A stretch of 64,000 nt of DNA, taken from contig CAVRVS010000002.1 of NCBI GenBank assembly GCA_963724705.1, positions 699,648-763,647 of the forward strand, read 5' to 3'. The DNA is from an uncultured Actinomycetota bacterium. Lineage in GTDB: Bacteria > Actinomycetota > Actinomycetes > Mycobacteriales > Micromonosporaceae. A program made the translations under genes and the position numbers. This document shows, piece by piece, positions 1-9,066 of this stretch. Numbering within the stretch: position 1 is the stretch's first letter; every line of letters begins with the position of its first letter. Under the pieces are notes generated by a model. That model searched no databases. It saw only the letters and a list, made by a program, of their open reading frames with translations, and was not told the origin of the DNA.

Positions 1-279
1 GGCAGCACCAACTATTTCGCGTTCCTGCAGCGCTTCATCGTCATCCCGATGTCGCTGTTCGCCGGCGTGTTTTACCCGGTGTCCTCGCTGCCGATCGGCA
101 TCCGGCCGCTGGCCTGGATCTCGCCGTTGTGGCACGGCGTCGAGATCTGCCGGGCCGCCACGCACGCCGACCACGGCTCCCTCTGGGCGCTGCTTGGACA
201 TGTTGCGTATCTCGCGCTGTGGGCGGTCGTCGGCTTGTGGCTGGCGCTGCGGCAATTCCGTCGTCGGCTCTCGGATTAG
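1..279 (+). CDS. ABC-2 type transporter permease, C-terminal fragment (gene begins left of window)
   Basis: Frame is open from base 1 (GSTNYFAFLQRFIVIPMSLFAGVFYPVSSLP...LALRQFRRRLSD*). Hydrophobic ABC-2/DrrB-NodJ-like tail, GC3-rich, stop at 277-279. Confidence 0.7.
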   Translation, partial: GSTNYFAFLQRFIVIPMSLFAGVFYPVSSLPIGIRPLAWISPLWHGVEICRAATHADHGSLWALLGHVAYLALWAVVGLWLALRQFRRRLSD

Positions 280-289
280 GGGACCGAAC

Positions 290-1108
290 GTGGTCGTTAC
301 CGCATTTTCGCCCGGCGTGTACGTCCGGCTGGACGCCGCGATGCGCCGATCGGGCGCCGTCACCGCTCGCAACGTCACCGCGCTGCGGTCGGCGTACTGG
401 CTGCTGCTGCTCTCCGGCTTCTTCGAGCCGCTGCTCTATCTGCTGTCGATCGGCGTCGGGCTGGGCAAGCTCGTCGGCCGGATCCCGGTCGGCGGGGGCG
501 AGACCGTGAGCTACCGGACGTTTGTGGCGCCGGCGATGCTGGCGGCGTCGGCGATGACCGGTGCGCTGGCCGAGTCGACGTTCAACTTCTTCGGCAAGAT
601 GAAATATCAGAAGACGTTCGACGCGGTGCTCTCGACGCCGGTGCGACCGATGGAAATCGCGTTCGGCGAGCTGTGGTGGGCCATGTTCCGTGGCGCGCTC
701 TACTCCGGTGCGTTCCTCGTGATCATGGTGTTCATGAACTTGACCAGCGCCGCGTGGGCCGCCCTGGCGTTCCCGGCGACACTGCTCGTCGGGTTCGCTT
801 TCGGCAGCGTCGGCATGATGCTGTCCACCTTCATGCGCAGCTGGCAGGACTTCGACATCGTCGCGACCGTACAGATCGCGCTGTTCCTGTTCTCCGGCAC
901 GTTCGTCCCGTTGTCGGTCTACCACCAGGGATGGCTCCGGGCGCTCATCCAAGTGTCGCCGCTCTACCAGTCGGTCGCCCTGCTGCGCGGCATCACGCTC
1001 GGCCATCTCGAGCTGGGCATGCTCGTCCATGTGGCCTACTTGGCCGTCCTGGTCGCGGTCGGTCTCGTCGTCGCGTCCCGGCGGATGAGCACGCAGCTGC
1101 TCAAATAG
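290..1108 (+). CDS. ABC-2 type transporter permease (DrrB/NodJ-like), paralog of the upstream fragment
   Basis: Track ORF 194..1108. Probable GTG start at 290 (alt ATG 341), just after the upstream stop. Multiple hydrophobic helices and ABC-2 permease-like sequence (FFGKMKYQKTFDAVLSTPVRP...SPLYQSVALLRG). Confidence 0.8.
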   Translation: MVVTAFSPGVYVRLDAAMRRSGAVTARNVTALRSAYWLLLLSGFFEPLLYLLSIGVGLGKLVGRIPVGGGETVSYRTFVAPAMLAASAMTGALAESTFNFFGKMKYQKTFDAVLSTPVRPMEIAFGELWWAMFRGALYSGAFLVIMVFMNLTSAAWAALAFPATLLVGFAFGSVGMMLSTFMRSWQDFDIVATVQIALFLFSGTFVPLSVYHQGWLRALIQVSPLYQSVALLRGITLGHLELGMLVHVAYLAVLVAVGLVVASRRMSTQLLK

Positions 1109-1163
1109 GGCATCGCCCGGACTTGCCGAAACATCCCGGGTCCGGATCGACTGGCAAAGCAAA

Positions 1164-1199
1164 CGGCCGGCGTACGGGCATGAGCCCGTACGCCGGCCG
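1164..1199. terminator. Perfect 16-bp stem / 4-nt loop hairpin between convergent genes
   Basis: CGGCCGGCGTACGGGC-atga-GCCCGTACGCCGGCCG, read directly. Lies 56 nt after the permease stop. Confidence 0.6.
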
Positions 1200-1330
1200 A
1201 GTCAGTCCAGGTCAACCCGCAGCCGCTCGGCGGGAAGTGGCGGCGGCCAGGTGCTGCTCCGGCGCGGCCACGATGCTCGCGGCCGACGTCGATCGTGGAT
1301 AGCCAGAGGCGCGTTCGAGCGGCGGTCGGA

Positions 1331-1627
1331 TCAGAAGCTGTTGGCCGACATCTTCTGGTCGTGCAGCTCATCGTCGAGTGCGACGTCGCCTTTGCCGTCG
1401 CGGTGGCGGACCTTGTCGGCGATCTTGCTGTTTGAGATCGTCTCTTTGCCCTGGTCCAGTAGTTTGGTGGCCTGCGCCTGGATCTGACCCGTCGTCTCGT
1501 GCACGGTCGGGTTGTCCATTGCCTTGCGGGCCGCCGTCATCATCTGGTCGTACTTCTCGCGGCCGGCTCGCGTTCCGAACACGAAGCCCGCCGCCGCACC
1601 GGCCAGAAACATCATCTTGCCGCGCAT
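1331..1627 (-). CDS. YtxH-like small membrane-anchored protein
   Basis: MRGKMMFLAGAAAGFVFGTRAGREKYDQMM... has an N-terminal Gly/Ala-rich helix then a charged tail, typical of the YtxH family. AGGAG lies 7 nt upstream of ATG 1627. The track ORF extends to 1684. Confidence 0.65.
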   Translation of the reverse strand: MRGKMMFLAGAAAGFVFGTRAGREKYDQMMTAARKAMDNPTVHETTGQIQAQATKLLDQGKETISNSKIADKVRHRDGKGDVALDDELHDQKMSANSF

Positions 1628-1984
1628 GTCGATCTCCTTTCGCGGTGACCGGTTATGTCCTGCGTTCACCATTAGTGGGGCCATTGGTGTCGTGCCGTGT
1701 CATACATCCTCCTCCGCTGCCGCCGGCGGCGCATGTCGACTACCCCATTTCGGGCACGATCGCTTCTGCTCGTGTTGTTACCCGCTTTGGCCGATTCCGA
1801 ACCGGACGTCGCAGCGTTCGATTCAAAGCAGCCGTGAGCTGTCCGCACGAGTTGATCTTGGCTGCCCCGGCGTGGCCGTCATCGAACAAGGACCACTATC
1901 CGGTGGCGAACCCACCGACCATGTCATGTACTCTTGTCCGGTCGCACCGCGCGGCCTGTCTCGGCATGGCCCGCGCCGGCACGA

Positions 1985-2057
1985 TCCCCTGTAGCTCAAT
2001 TGGCAGAGCAGCCGGCTGTTAACCGGCAGGTTCTTGGTTCGAGTCCAAGTGGGGGAG
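1985..2057 (+). tRNA. tRNA-Asn (anticodon GTT); CCA encoded at 2058-2060
   Basis: Manual cloverleaf of 73 nt total. Acceptor tcccctg/tggggga, D arm gctc/gagc, anticodon stem gccgg/ccggc with loop ctGTTaa, T arm cttgg-ttcgagt-ccaag, discriminator G. Confidence 0.9.
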
Positions 2058-2318
2058 CCAACAATTCATTTCGATCGATCGGGTTCGGTGTGCGAGCCTG
2101 GCGATCGTGTCAGCTGAGGCCCGATCACAGATCAATCCGTACCGGCTCTATGTGTTCGGTCTGGGCTTTGGCGGTTCGCTGCTTATGGGCGCTGTGGCGC
2201 CGCCACCATTCGTGTCCGGGCCACCCAGCCCGGCCGTGGCCGCGCCGGAGACCTTCGGCTCGTAACACGGGGATCGAGTCATCTAAGCCGGGTAGTCCCG
2301 AAGCCCCGTGGTGACCGT

Positions 2319-5105
2319 CTATGCGGCGTGCAGCACGTCGGCGACGGCCGTACGCGACGTCACGTCGAGCTTGCGGAGGATGTTCGAGACGTGCACGGCC
2401 GCGGTCTTCGGCGAGATGTAGAGACGGCGCGCGAGTTCCGCATTCGTCAAGCCAGCGGCGACGAGTTGTGCGACCTCGCGTTCGCGCGGGGTGAGTGCCG
2501 CCGGACCGCTGACGGCGTCCTCATCCGGCGCGGGCATGCCCGCTCGTTCCCGCAGCTCGGTCAGCTGTGTGACGCGCCAACCGCCCCACTTCGCGAGCAG
2601 CGGTCCGGCCACGGCGAGCGCCTGCGTCGCTTCGTCCGGCCGGTCAAGCGCGAGCAAACAGGACGCCACGCCTGCGTATGCCGTGCCACGGATCCAGCCC
2701 GGCAGCGCCTCGTGAATGGCAGCGGCCCGATATCCGTCGAGCGCTTTCGAGTGCGCGCCGGCCGCCTCGTCCAACTGGGCGTGCACGAGTTCGTTCCACC
2801 CCGGGTCGGGTGTCTCGCCGAGGCCGGCTTCGGTCAGGGTCCGTACGTCGTCGAGGGGCAGGCCACCGGCCAGTGCCGCCGAGACCACGTCGTGTGTGTA
2901 GTCACCGCCACCTGGGCCGCGCATGGCCATGCCGTCGAGCATGTCCCGCAGCGCCGCCGTCGCCCGTTCGCGGTCGCCGCGACGGCAGGCAACGTGGAAG
3001 ACCAGGCCGGCGATCTGTGAATTGGATGGCAGCGGGATCCCGGAGAGCATCGTCACGATCTCCTCGGCCAGATCCAGGTCACCGTCCTCCAGCGCAAGGC
3101 CGGCCTGGAGGACGGTGTGGTAGTCGGCCTGGCGGCCAGCCTGCCGGAAGCGGTATTCGCGCTTGCGGCCCTCGGCGACCATCGCTCGGGCCGCGGCGAG
3201 ATCACCCTCGCCGACGGCCACCACGGCGAGGCCCTGGTAATAGGCGGCCACCGCGAAATGGTGGAAGCCGGCCTGCTCGGCGTCGGCGCGCATGCGTTCC
3301 AGCAGCTCGGCCTGCTCCCTGATTGACGACGCGGGCAGGTTGAACGCGATGTTGTGCACGGCCCGCGCGGCGAGCACCCAAGCGCCGGCCTTCTCCGCGT
3401 CCGTCGCCGCGCTCAGCAGCATCTCCTGGCCGTCATGGCGACGGGACGTGTGCGAGACGAGCGCGGAGCCCATCTCGGTCAGTGCGGCCAGCCGGGTGAG
3501 CGGCAGCTCGTGCGCGGCGGCCAGATCGAGCGCACGGGCCGACCAGTCCAACGACTTGTCCACCTCGTCCGCGAGCATGTACGACTGAGCCACGGTCGCC
3601 ATCGCCTGACCCATTTGCTCGCCGATCGGCAGCGTGTCGATCATCTGCTCGATCTCCGTGGTGGCGGCACGCATTCCGGCCAGGTCGTCGAGCTCGTACG
3701 TCAGGCGTACCAACAGGACGAGCGCGTCTACCTCGTCGCCCGCGCTCATGGAACGGTCGCGCCATCGTTGCGCATAGCTCAGCGCGTCGCTCAGCAAACC
3801 GGCCAACCAGGCGGCTCGGGCGGCGGCGCTGAGCAGGACCGTATCGTGCGCGGACTGTTCGAGACCGAGTTCGGCCAGCTGTAGCGCCTGATAGACCGAA
3901 CCGATCTGGAGATAGGCGACGCTGCCCGCGCGCGCGGCCGCGACCATGTCGTCATAGCGCCGGGCGCCGTTGGCGTGATAGGCCACGAGAGCCGGTTCGC
4001 CGCCGTCGACCGGGCTGGGCCGCCGGCCACCGCGTTGGGTCGCGCGTCCCGCCACCGCGTCCGCGGCTGCGACGTCTTCGTACCCCTGGAAGCCCAGCGC
4101 GAGCAGTGCGTCGAGTGCGGCCTCGTGCAACCGCCGGCGCTCGCGCCCGAGGAGCGAACCGGTGATCGCCTCGCGAACCAATGCATGCCGGAACACGAAT
4201 TCGTCCTCGCCGGATTCGACGAGAACCCCACGGTCGACGAACTCGCGGAGCGCCCAGATGAGTTCCGACTCGCCCACGCCGGTCACTGTGGCCAAAAGGT
4301 CGAAGGGAATGCGCTGGCCGAGCACGGCAGCGGCCTCGAGGAGTCGCAATTGGGCCGGCTCAAGGTCGTCACTCTGCCGGCGCAGCACCTCGGCGAGGCT
4401 CCACGGCAGCGGCTGGTCGCAGAGCTTCTCCAGGTCATTCGAATCTTGCGCGCGCAGCAGCTCTTCCAGGTAGAACGGGTTGCCGCCGGTGCGCTGGTGC
4501 AGGGCCATCACCGTGCGGTAGGGGGCCGGTCGACCGGTCGCCTGCGACAGTAGTTGCGACGTCTCGTCCGCGGTGAGTCGATCGAGCAAGAGATGGGTGA
4601 CCTCGTGTCGTCGCTCCAGGCGAGCGAGCAGCGCATCGACCGGCTGCCGCCGGGTGACTTCGGCCGGACGGTAGGTGCCGATGAGCAGGCGCGTGCCGTT
4701 CAAGTCGGCGAGATGCTCGAACAACGCGGTGCTCTCCGCATCGGCCCAATGCAGGTCCTCGAACACGATGACGGCCGGGCCGTCGCCAATCAGACCGGCG
4801 ACCAGCGTGAGCGCCGCCCGCTGGCGATCCGCCGGGCTGCGCGATGTGTCACACACCTCGTCGACCAGCGAGCCGTCGGCGGGCAGGTTTGCGATGGCAT
4901 CCAACAACAACTCATATGGCCGGCCGAGTGAGCCCGGTTGCGCGTCGCCCGCAATCACCAGCGCCTGGTCGCCGACCGCGGCGACGAGCTCGTTGATGAG
5001 TCGCGTCTTGCCGATGCCCGGCTCGCCGGCCACGATCGCGACTTGCGGGCGCGACGACGACACGAGCCGCATCAATCGATGCAGCTCGTGGTCGCGCCCG
5101 ATCAT
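2319..5105 (-). CDS. LAL-type (large ATP-binding LuxR family) transcriptional regulator
   Basis: N-terminal Walker [11 protein letters not shown], long helical/TPR-like middle, C-terminal LuxR/GerE HTH ([43 protein letters not shown]). ATG 5105 overlaps the upstream small-ORF stop as TGATG. Alternative start at 5138. Confidence 0.85.
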   Translation of the reverse strand: MIGRDHELHRLMRLVSSSRPQVAIVAGEPGIGKTRLINELVAAVGDQALVIAGDAQPGSLGRPYELLLDAIANLPADGSLVDEVCDTSRSPADRQRAALTLVAGLIGDGPAVIVFEDLHWADAESTALFEHLADLNGTRLLIGTYRPAEVTRRQPVDALLARLERRHEVTHLLLDRLTADETSQLLSQATGRPAPYRTVMALHQRTGGNPFYLEELLRAQDSNDLEKLCDQPLPWSLAEVLRRQSDDLEPAQLRLLEAAAVLGQRIPFDLLATVTGVGESELIWALREFVDRGVLVESGEDEFVFRHALVREAITGSLLGRERRRLHEAALDALLALGFQGYEDVAAADAVAGRATQRGGRRPSPVDGGEPALVAYHANGARRYDDMVAAARAGSVAYLQIGSVYQALQLAELGLEQSAHDTVLLSAAARAAWLAGLLSDALSYAQRWRDRSMSAGDEVDALVLLVRLTYELDDLAGMRAATTEIEQMIDTLPIGEQMGQAMATVAQSYMLADEVDKSLDWSARALDLAAAHELPLTRLAALTEMGSALVSHTSRRHDGQEMLLSAATDAEKAGAWVLAARAVHNIAFNLPASSIREQAELLERMRADAEQAGFHHFAVAAYYQGLAVVAVGEGDLAAARAMVAEGRKREYRFRQAGRQADYHTVLQAGLALEDGDLDLAEEIVTMLSGIPLPSNSQIAGLVFHVACRRGDRERATAALRDMLDGMAMRGPGGGDYTHDVVSAALAGGLPLDDVRTLTEAGLGETPDPGWNELVHAQLDEAAGAHSKALDGYRAAAIHEALPGWIRGTAYAGVASCLLALDRPDEATQALAVAGPLLAKWGGWRVTQLTELRERAGMPAPDEDAVSGPAALTPREREVAQLVAAGLTNAELARRLYISPKTAAVHVSNILRKLDVTSRTAVADVLHAA

Positions 5106-5320
5106 CACCGGGCTGGCTCCGCCGCGCGTGGCCCGCACGCAGCAAGGGTACCGGCGCCGTAGGACACCGGCCGACTGTCAGGGTCCGGCGAACGTGCCGC
5201 GCGGCGTGCGCGCCGTCCGCGCTTGGCCTCCTGGAGGAGGCTCCACCGCTGCGCGTCTTCCATCAACTCGTCGCGGTGCTGGCGGCTGATGATCAACATG
5301 CCTTCTGGGTACGCGAACAT
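5105..5320 (-). CDS. Small hypothetical protein (71 aa) translationally coupled to the LAL regulator
   Basis: [40 protein letters not shown]... GGAG lies 6 nt upstream of ATG 5320. Most codons end in G/C. The stop overlaps the LAL ATG (TGATG). No family recognised. Confidence 0.5.
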   Translation of the reverse strand: MFAYPEGMLIISRQHRDELMEDAQRWSLLQEAKRGRRARRAARSPDPDSRPVSYGAGTLAACGPRAAEPAR

Positions 5321-5420
5321 TTCTGTCTCCCGGTGCTCTCGCTCGTTCTTGATGTCTCTATCCTTCGATTTCGGACGGCGTGGCACATCGGCACCGATGA
5401 CGTATTCCGGCGGCGCGCAC

Positions 5421-5447
5421 ATACCTAGTCCCGTGGGCACTAGGTAT
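5421..5447. promoter_or_regulatory. Operator-like palindrome ATACCTAGT-N9-ACTAGGTAT in a divergent promoter region
   Basis: Perfect 9-bp arms read directly. AT-rich relative to its surroundings. Lies between the small-ORF/LAL operon (minus) and the glycosyltransferase gene (plus). Confidence 0.45.
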
Positions 5448-5618
5448 AGGTATGCCTAGAGGGTGGCTGGCCTCGTACGATGGCGCGGACTGACCCGCGT
5501 AGCAGCGACCCCGATCAGCCTGAACTGAACCTGAACGGGCATGATGTTCGGGCAGCGTGGCGTGCGGCATTCGTGGCACGCTTGACCGGTTTGTACTTCT
5601 CCACGTTGGGACTGTCGG

Positions 5619-7067
5619 GTGAATGAGGAACCGATCGGCTCGCCCTCGGGCAATGCACCGAACGAGGCGGAGCCGACCCGTCGAGCGACCACGCCGGGCA
5701 TCATGATCGCTCCGGGCGACGGCTCGGATGGCAACGGCGACGCTCCCAACACGGACCACGCTCTTGCCGACCGCGGCGCTGTTGCCGGCGGCGGCGCCCT
5801 TGCGGACGGTGCCGCCCTTGCGGACGGCGCCGCTCGTGCCGACGGCGCCGTTCTTGCCGACGGCGCCGCTCGTGCCGACGGTGGAAATCAGGCGCCGGCC
5901 GTCGCGACGCCGGCTACCGGGGATGGTGGCACCGACCGCAGGGACGCGCGTCTCGGCTACGCAAAGACCGTCGCCGGGGTGCTGATCGCCTATGCCGCGC
6001 TACGTGGCCTGTGTCTGGCGTTCGTGTTGACCTGGGGATATCACGCCGGCGTCACCCCGGTCCACTTGTTCGACCGGTTCGACATGTCCGGTTACATCCA
6101 CATCGCCATGTTCGGCTACGACAAGGCGCTGACGTACGGCCCGGACGGCATCCCCAAAACCACGAACCTGGCGTTCTTCCCGCTCTACCCGGGCATGATC
6201 CGGGCGGTCGTCGCCGTATCGCCGCTGTCGTACGTCTCGGCCGGTCTCCTCGTGGCTTGGCTGTCCTCGCTCGCGGCCGCGTGGGGCTTGTTCGCGGTTG
6301 GTAGCCAGCTCTACAACCGGCGAGTCGGCGTACTGCTGGTCGTGCTGTGGGCGGTGCTGCCGTACGCCATCGACGAGTCGCTGGGGCTGACCGAGTCTCT
6401 ATTTACGGCACTCGCGGCCTGGTGTTTCTATGCCCTGCTGAAACGACGCTGGCTCACCGCCGGCGTGCTGTGCATGATCTCCGGACTGAGCCGACCGACC
6501 GCGGTGGCCCTCATGGCCGCGGTCGGAGTGGCCGCCCTGATCGCGCTGTTCCAGCGGGAAAAGCCGTGGTGGCGACCCATCGTCGCGACCGCGATAACGC
6601 CACTCGGCTGGCTCGCCTACCTCGTGTGGGTGGCTCGCCGGCTCCATCGCTCCGATGGCTGGTTCTATGTGCAGGACAAGGCGTGGCGTTCATCGTTTGA
6701 TGGCGGCCGGTATTCGTTCCACATGGCGCTCGACACCCTGCGGGGACATCAGAAGACGATCGAGCCGTACGTCGTCACTCTCACACTTGTGATCATCGTC
6801 GTGCTCTTCGTCCTCAGCATCATCGAACGCCAACCAACATCGATGATCGTCTACTCGGCCGTGCTTTTCATCACGACCGTAGGCGGCACGAACTACTACC
6901 ACACCGACCCTCGCCATCTGCTTCCCGCGTTCCCACTCCTTCTGCCACTCGCGGTCGGCGCCTCTCGTATGCGCGTGCGAAACCTCGCCGCGGTCCTGGC
7001 CGTGATGACCGCCGTGAGTGTGTGGTACGGCGGCTGGCTGGCGATAGTCTGGGGATTCTCGTACTGA
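5619..7067 (+). CDS. Integral-membrane mannosyltransferase-like protein (PIG-V/GT-C-like)
   Basis: Many TM helices. The motif YIHIAMFGYDKALTYGPDGIPKTTNLAFFPLYPGMIRAV resembles the PIG-V family (IAxxGY...AFFPLYP). The N-terminal tail is repetitive. Start uncertain (GTG 5619 or ATG 5703). Confidence 0.65.
   Translation: MNEEPIGSPSGNAPNEAEPTRRATTPGIMIAPGDGSDGNGDAPNTDHALADRGAVAGGGALADGAALADGAARADGAVLADGAARADGGNQAPAVATPATGDGGTDRRDARLGYAKTVAGVLIAYAALRGLCLAFVLTWGYHAGVTPVHLFDRFDMSGYIHIAMFGYDKALTYGPDGIPKTTNLAFFPLYPGMIRAVVAVSPLSYVSAGLLVAWLSSLAAAWGLFAVGSQLYNRRVGVLLVVLWAVLPYAIDESLGLTESLFTALAAWCFYALLKRRWLTAGVLCMISGLSRPTAVALMAAVGVAALIALFQREKPWWRPIVATAITPLGWLAYLVWVARRLHRSDGWFYVQDKAWRSSFDGGRYSFHMALDTLRGHQKTIEPYVVTLTLVIIVVLFVLSIIERQPTSMIVYSAVLFITTVGGTNYYHTDPRHLLPAFPLLLPLAVGASRMRVRNLAAVLAVMTAVSVWYGGWLAIVWGFSY
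5763..5888 (+). repeat. 18-nt tandem repeat, about 7 copies, in-frame (hexapeptide L/R-A-D-G-A-A)
   Basis: ctt gcg gac ggt gcc gcc / ctt gcg gac ggc gcc gct / cgt gcc gac ggc gcc gtt ... read directly inside the N-terminal tail of CDS 5619..7067. Confidence 0.85.
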
Positions 7068-7188
7068 CGCGTGAGGCATGTGCGCCACATACCGTGCCCA
7101 TTGTGGATAGCCGGTGTGTCCGGCGGACTCGGGTCCGCATCGCTTGCTAGCCTCCTCGCTAGCGTTTCGGCTAGCAGAGGTGGGATGG

Positions 7189-7548
7189 ATGGCGGACACG
7201 ACTGATCGGCTGCGTGCGATCGCCCCCGACGCGGCGCTCGTGCCGATGGCGTCGCTGGCAGCGGGTGAATTCACGCTAGCGATGCCGGCGCGGCGTCCGC
7301 GGTGGGAACGCGTGCAGGTCAATGCGCGGGTACGAGTAGAGGTCGAGCACGTCCTGCAGCAGTTCGTCCGTGACCACGACACCACTGTCCAGAGCTGTGT
7401 CGACCTGGCGCTGGCGGAGTTCCTGACGGCGCGGGGCTACCCGCCCGGGGCGGCGCAGGACCACGACGGAGCCCGGAGCTATCCGGACGACGACCCCCAC
7501 GATCAGCGCGCGGACGACCCGCAGCACTTCATAGTCGGCACGCCGTGA
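7189..7548 (+). CDS. Ribbon-helix-helix-like small protein
   Basis: MADTTDRLRAIAP...RVQVNARVRVEVEHVLQQFVRDHDTTVQSCVDLALAEFL has a beta-strand plus two-helix pattern typical of CopG/Arc-like RHH. Its stop overlaps the next gene's GTG (GTGA). Confidence 0.5.
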   Translation: MADTTDRLRAIAPDAALVPMASLAAGEFTLAMPARRPRWERVQVNARVRVEVEHVLQQFVRDHDTTVQSCVDLALAEFLTARGYPPGAAQDHDGARSYPDDDPHDQRADDPQHFIVGTP

Positions 7549-9035
7549 CCGCGGTCCGGGAACCGATCACGCCCATCGGACGGCGGTCGGATCTGCCGAT
7601 CGGCGAGATGGAGCTGGACGCACATCTCGCGCGGCTGGTCCGCCGGACGTCGATCGTGCGCCAGGGCTTCTACGTCGTTGTGCTCCTCGTCGCCTTGGCC
7701 GGACAGGTGTCCGGCGCGGTCGAGGCGCTGCATATCCCGCTGGCGGCCGCCGTGCCGGCGGTCGCCGCGCTCGAACTCGGCGGCATCGTCGTGCTCGCGA
7801 ACGCCGACGTCCGGCGCCGGCTCGGGGAGCGGGCGATCGCCTCGCGCATCCTGTCGGTCGCGATCGCCGCGTCGGCAGTCGCGTTCAACTGGCTCGCGCA
7901 CAAGAATCATCTGCTCGGCGCGTTCTTCGCCGGCATGTCGGCGCTCGGCTATCTGGTGTGGTTGATGCACACCGAGAATCAGCGGCGCGACCGGCTGCGG
8001 GTCAAGGGCGACCTGCCGCCGACCACGCCGGCGTACGAGATGATCGGCCATTGGCTGCGCCACCCGATGCTGACCGTACGGGCGCGCGCGATGGCCAAGG
8101 CCGACCCCCGACTCGGGCTCTACGACTCGCTGGCCGAAGCACGGGCCGAGATCCGGCGGGAACGTCGCCAGGCTGCGATCGCGAAGGTGTTGCACCGCAA
8201 GATCCGTGCCGCGGTCGATCCGAAGACGGCCGACATCGCGATCGCGGTGTACGACCTCGACGAAATCGCCGCGCGGCTCGCCGATCGGGCCGACTACGAC
8301 GGACTGACCACGCTCATCGCGGCCGACCTCGCGCCCGAGCGGCTCGCGCCCGATGGGTTGCGCGACCGGCACTCGTCCGGCCGGCCCGGCGACGCGGCCG
8401 CCGGACCCAATGCCGGTCAGTCGAAATCGGAACGGATCGCGGGCGCACGACGGGTCGCCGACCGAGCGGTCATCGCCGCAGCGGGCGAGATCGGCGAATC
8501 GCTGGCCGCCGCCGGCACAACCGAGCCGGTGGCCGATCACGTGAATGGCTCGCAGGTGTCCGGCGATGCCATTGGGACCGAGCGCGGCGACGCCACTCCG
8601 TCGCATGAAAGGACCGATTCGCGAGGCATCCAGCCACGTCGTCCGGCCGAGGATGGCGCGCCGACGCCGGTCGTCGCCGCCGCTTCACCCCGACCGCCGG
8701 TCCGAGCCGCGCTCTCACCGGCGCTCCGGCAGGATGTCGAACGCCGACTGAACCGGTCACGCACACCGGCGCGCCGCTCCGGCGCCGAGACACGGGCGTC
8801 TTTCAGCGACGAGCCGCCACCGGAGCCGGTTGTGACCGATGTCTCGCTGCGCCGACGGGTCCATGCGGCTCTCGACGCGAACGTCCTGCCGGGCGATCAG
8901 CGCGACGATTCGGAACTGATCGGGCTCGTGTTCGACGAACTCAACCTGAATGAACTCGAACGACTGACCGCGGCGACCTACGTGCGCAGTTGGCGGCTGG
9001 AAAACGAGTCGGGGCAACGCATCCGGCTGACCTGA
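7545..9035 (+). CDS. DUF2637-like membrane protein with long disordered C-terminal region
   Basis: The N-terminal four hydrophobic helices (VVVLLVALAGQVSGAVEAL...ALELGGIVVLANA...ILSVAIAASAVAFNWLAH...LGAFFAGMSALGYLVWLMH) resemble DUF2637/Spd-like proteins of actinomycete conjugative elements. GC3-rich. Confidence 0.55.
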   Translation: MTAVREPITPIGRRSDLPIGEMELDAHLARLVRRTSIVRQGFYVVVLLVALAGQVSGAVEALHIPLAAAVPAVAALELGGIVVLANADVRRRLGERAIASRILSVAIAASAVAFNWLAHKNHLLGAFFAGMSALGYLVWLMHTENQRRDRLRVKGDLPPTTPAYEMIGHWLRHPMLTVRARAMAKADPRLGLYDSLAEARAEIRRERRQAAIAKVLHRKIRAAVDPKTADIAIAVYDLDEIAARLADRADYDGLTTLIAADLAPERLAPDGLRDRHSSGRPGDAAAGPNAGQSKSERIAGARRVADRAVIAAAGEIGESLAAAGTTEPVADHVNGSQVSGDAIGTERGDATPSHERTDSRGIQPRRPAEDGAPTPVVAAASPRPPVRAALSPALRQDVERRLNRSRTPARRSGAETRASFSDEPPPEPVVTDVSLRRRVHAALDANVLPGDQRDDSELIGLVFDELNLNELERLTAATYVRSWRLENESGQRIRLT

Positions 9036-9066
9036 CCGGCCGGCGGCTGGGTCGCTTGGCAACGCG

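Noticed and set aside
41-1162. 373-aa minus-strand ORF
   Set aside because: It is antisense to two ABC-2 permease genes. The translation is highly charged Arg/Asp/Glu/His-rich with no domain, so it is a shadow ORF.
1653-1703. 16-codon ORF (MTRHDTNGPTNGERRT) with GGAGGAGGA just upstream, preceding the ytxH-like gene
   Set aside because: It is too short, with unremarkable composition and a very short SD-ATG spacing. I have no conservation evidence. It is noted only as a possible leader peptide.
5763-5888. CRISPR-like arrays (this and the other tandem repeats at 9103, 10309, 32129 and 40784)
   Set aside because: The units are 15-36 nt and directly abutting, with no unique spacers. Most are in frame inside CDSs, and no cas genes are present.
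1985-9035. An intact genomic island or integrative element inserted at tRNA-Asn
   Set aside because: There is no integrase, excisionase, transposase or Tra/Rep gene. I could not find a direct repeat of the tRNA 3' end (ttcgagtccaagtggggga) elsewhere in the window. It is kept only as a weak remnant hypothesis under the RHH/DUF2637 finding.
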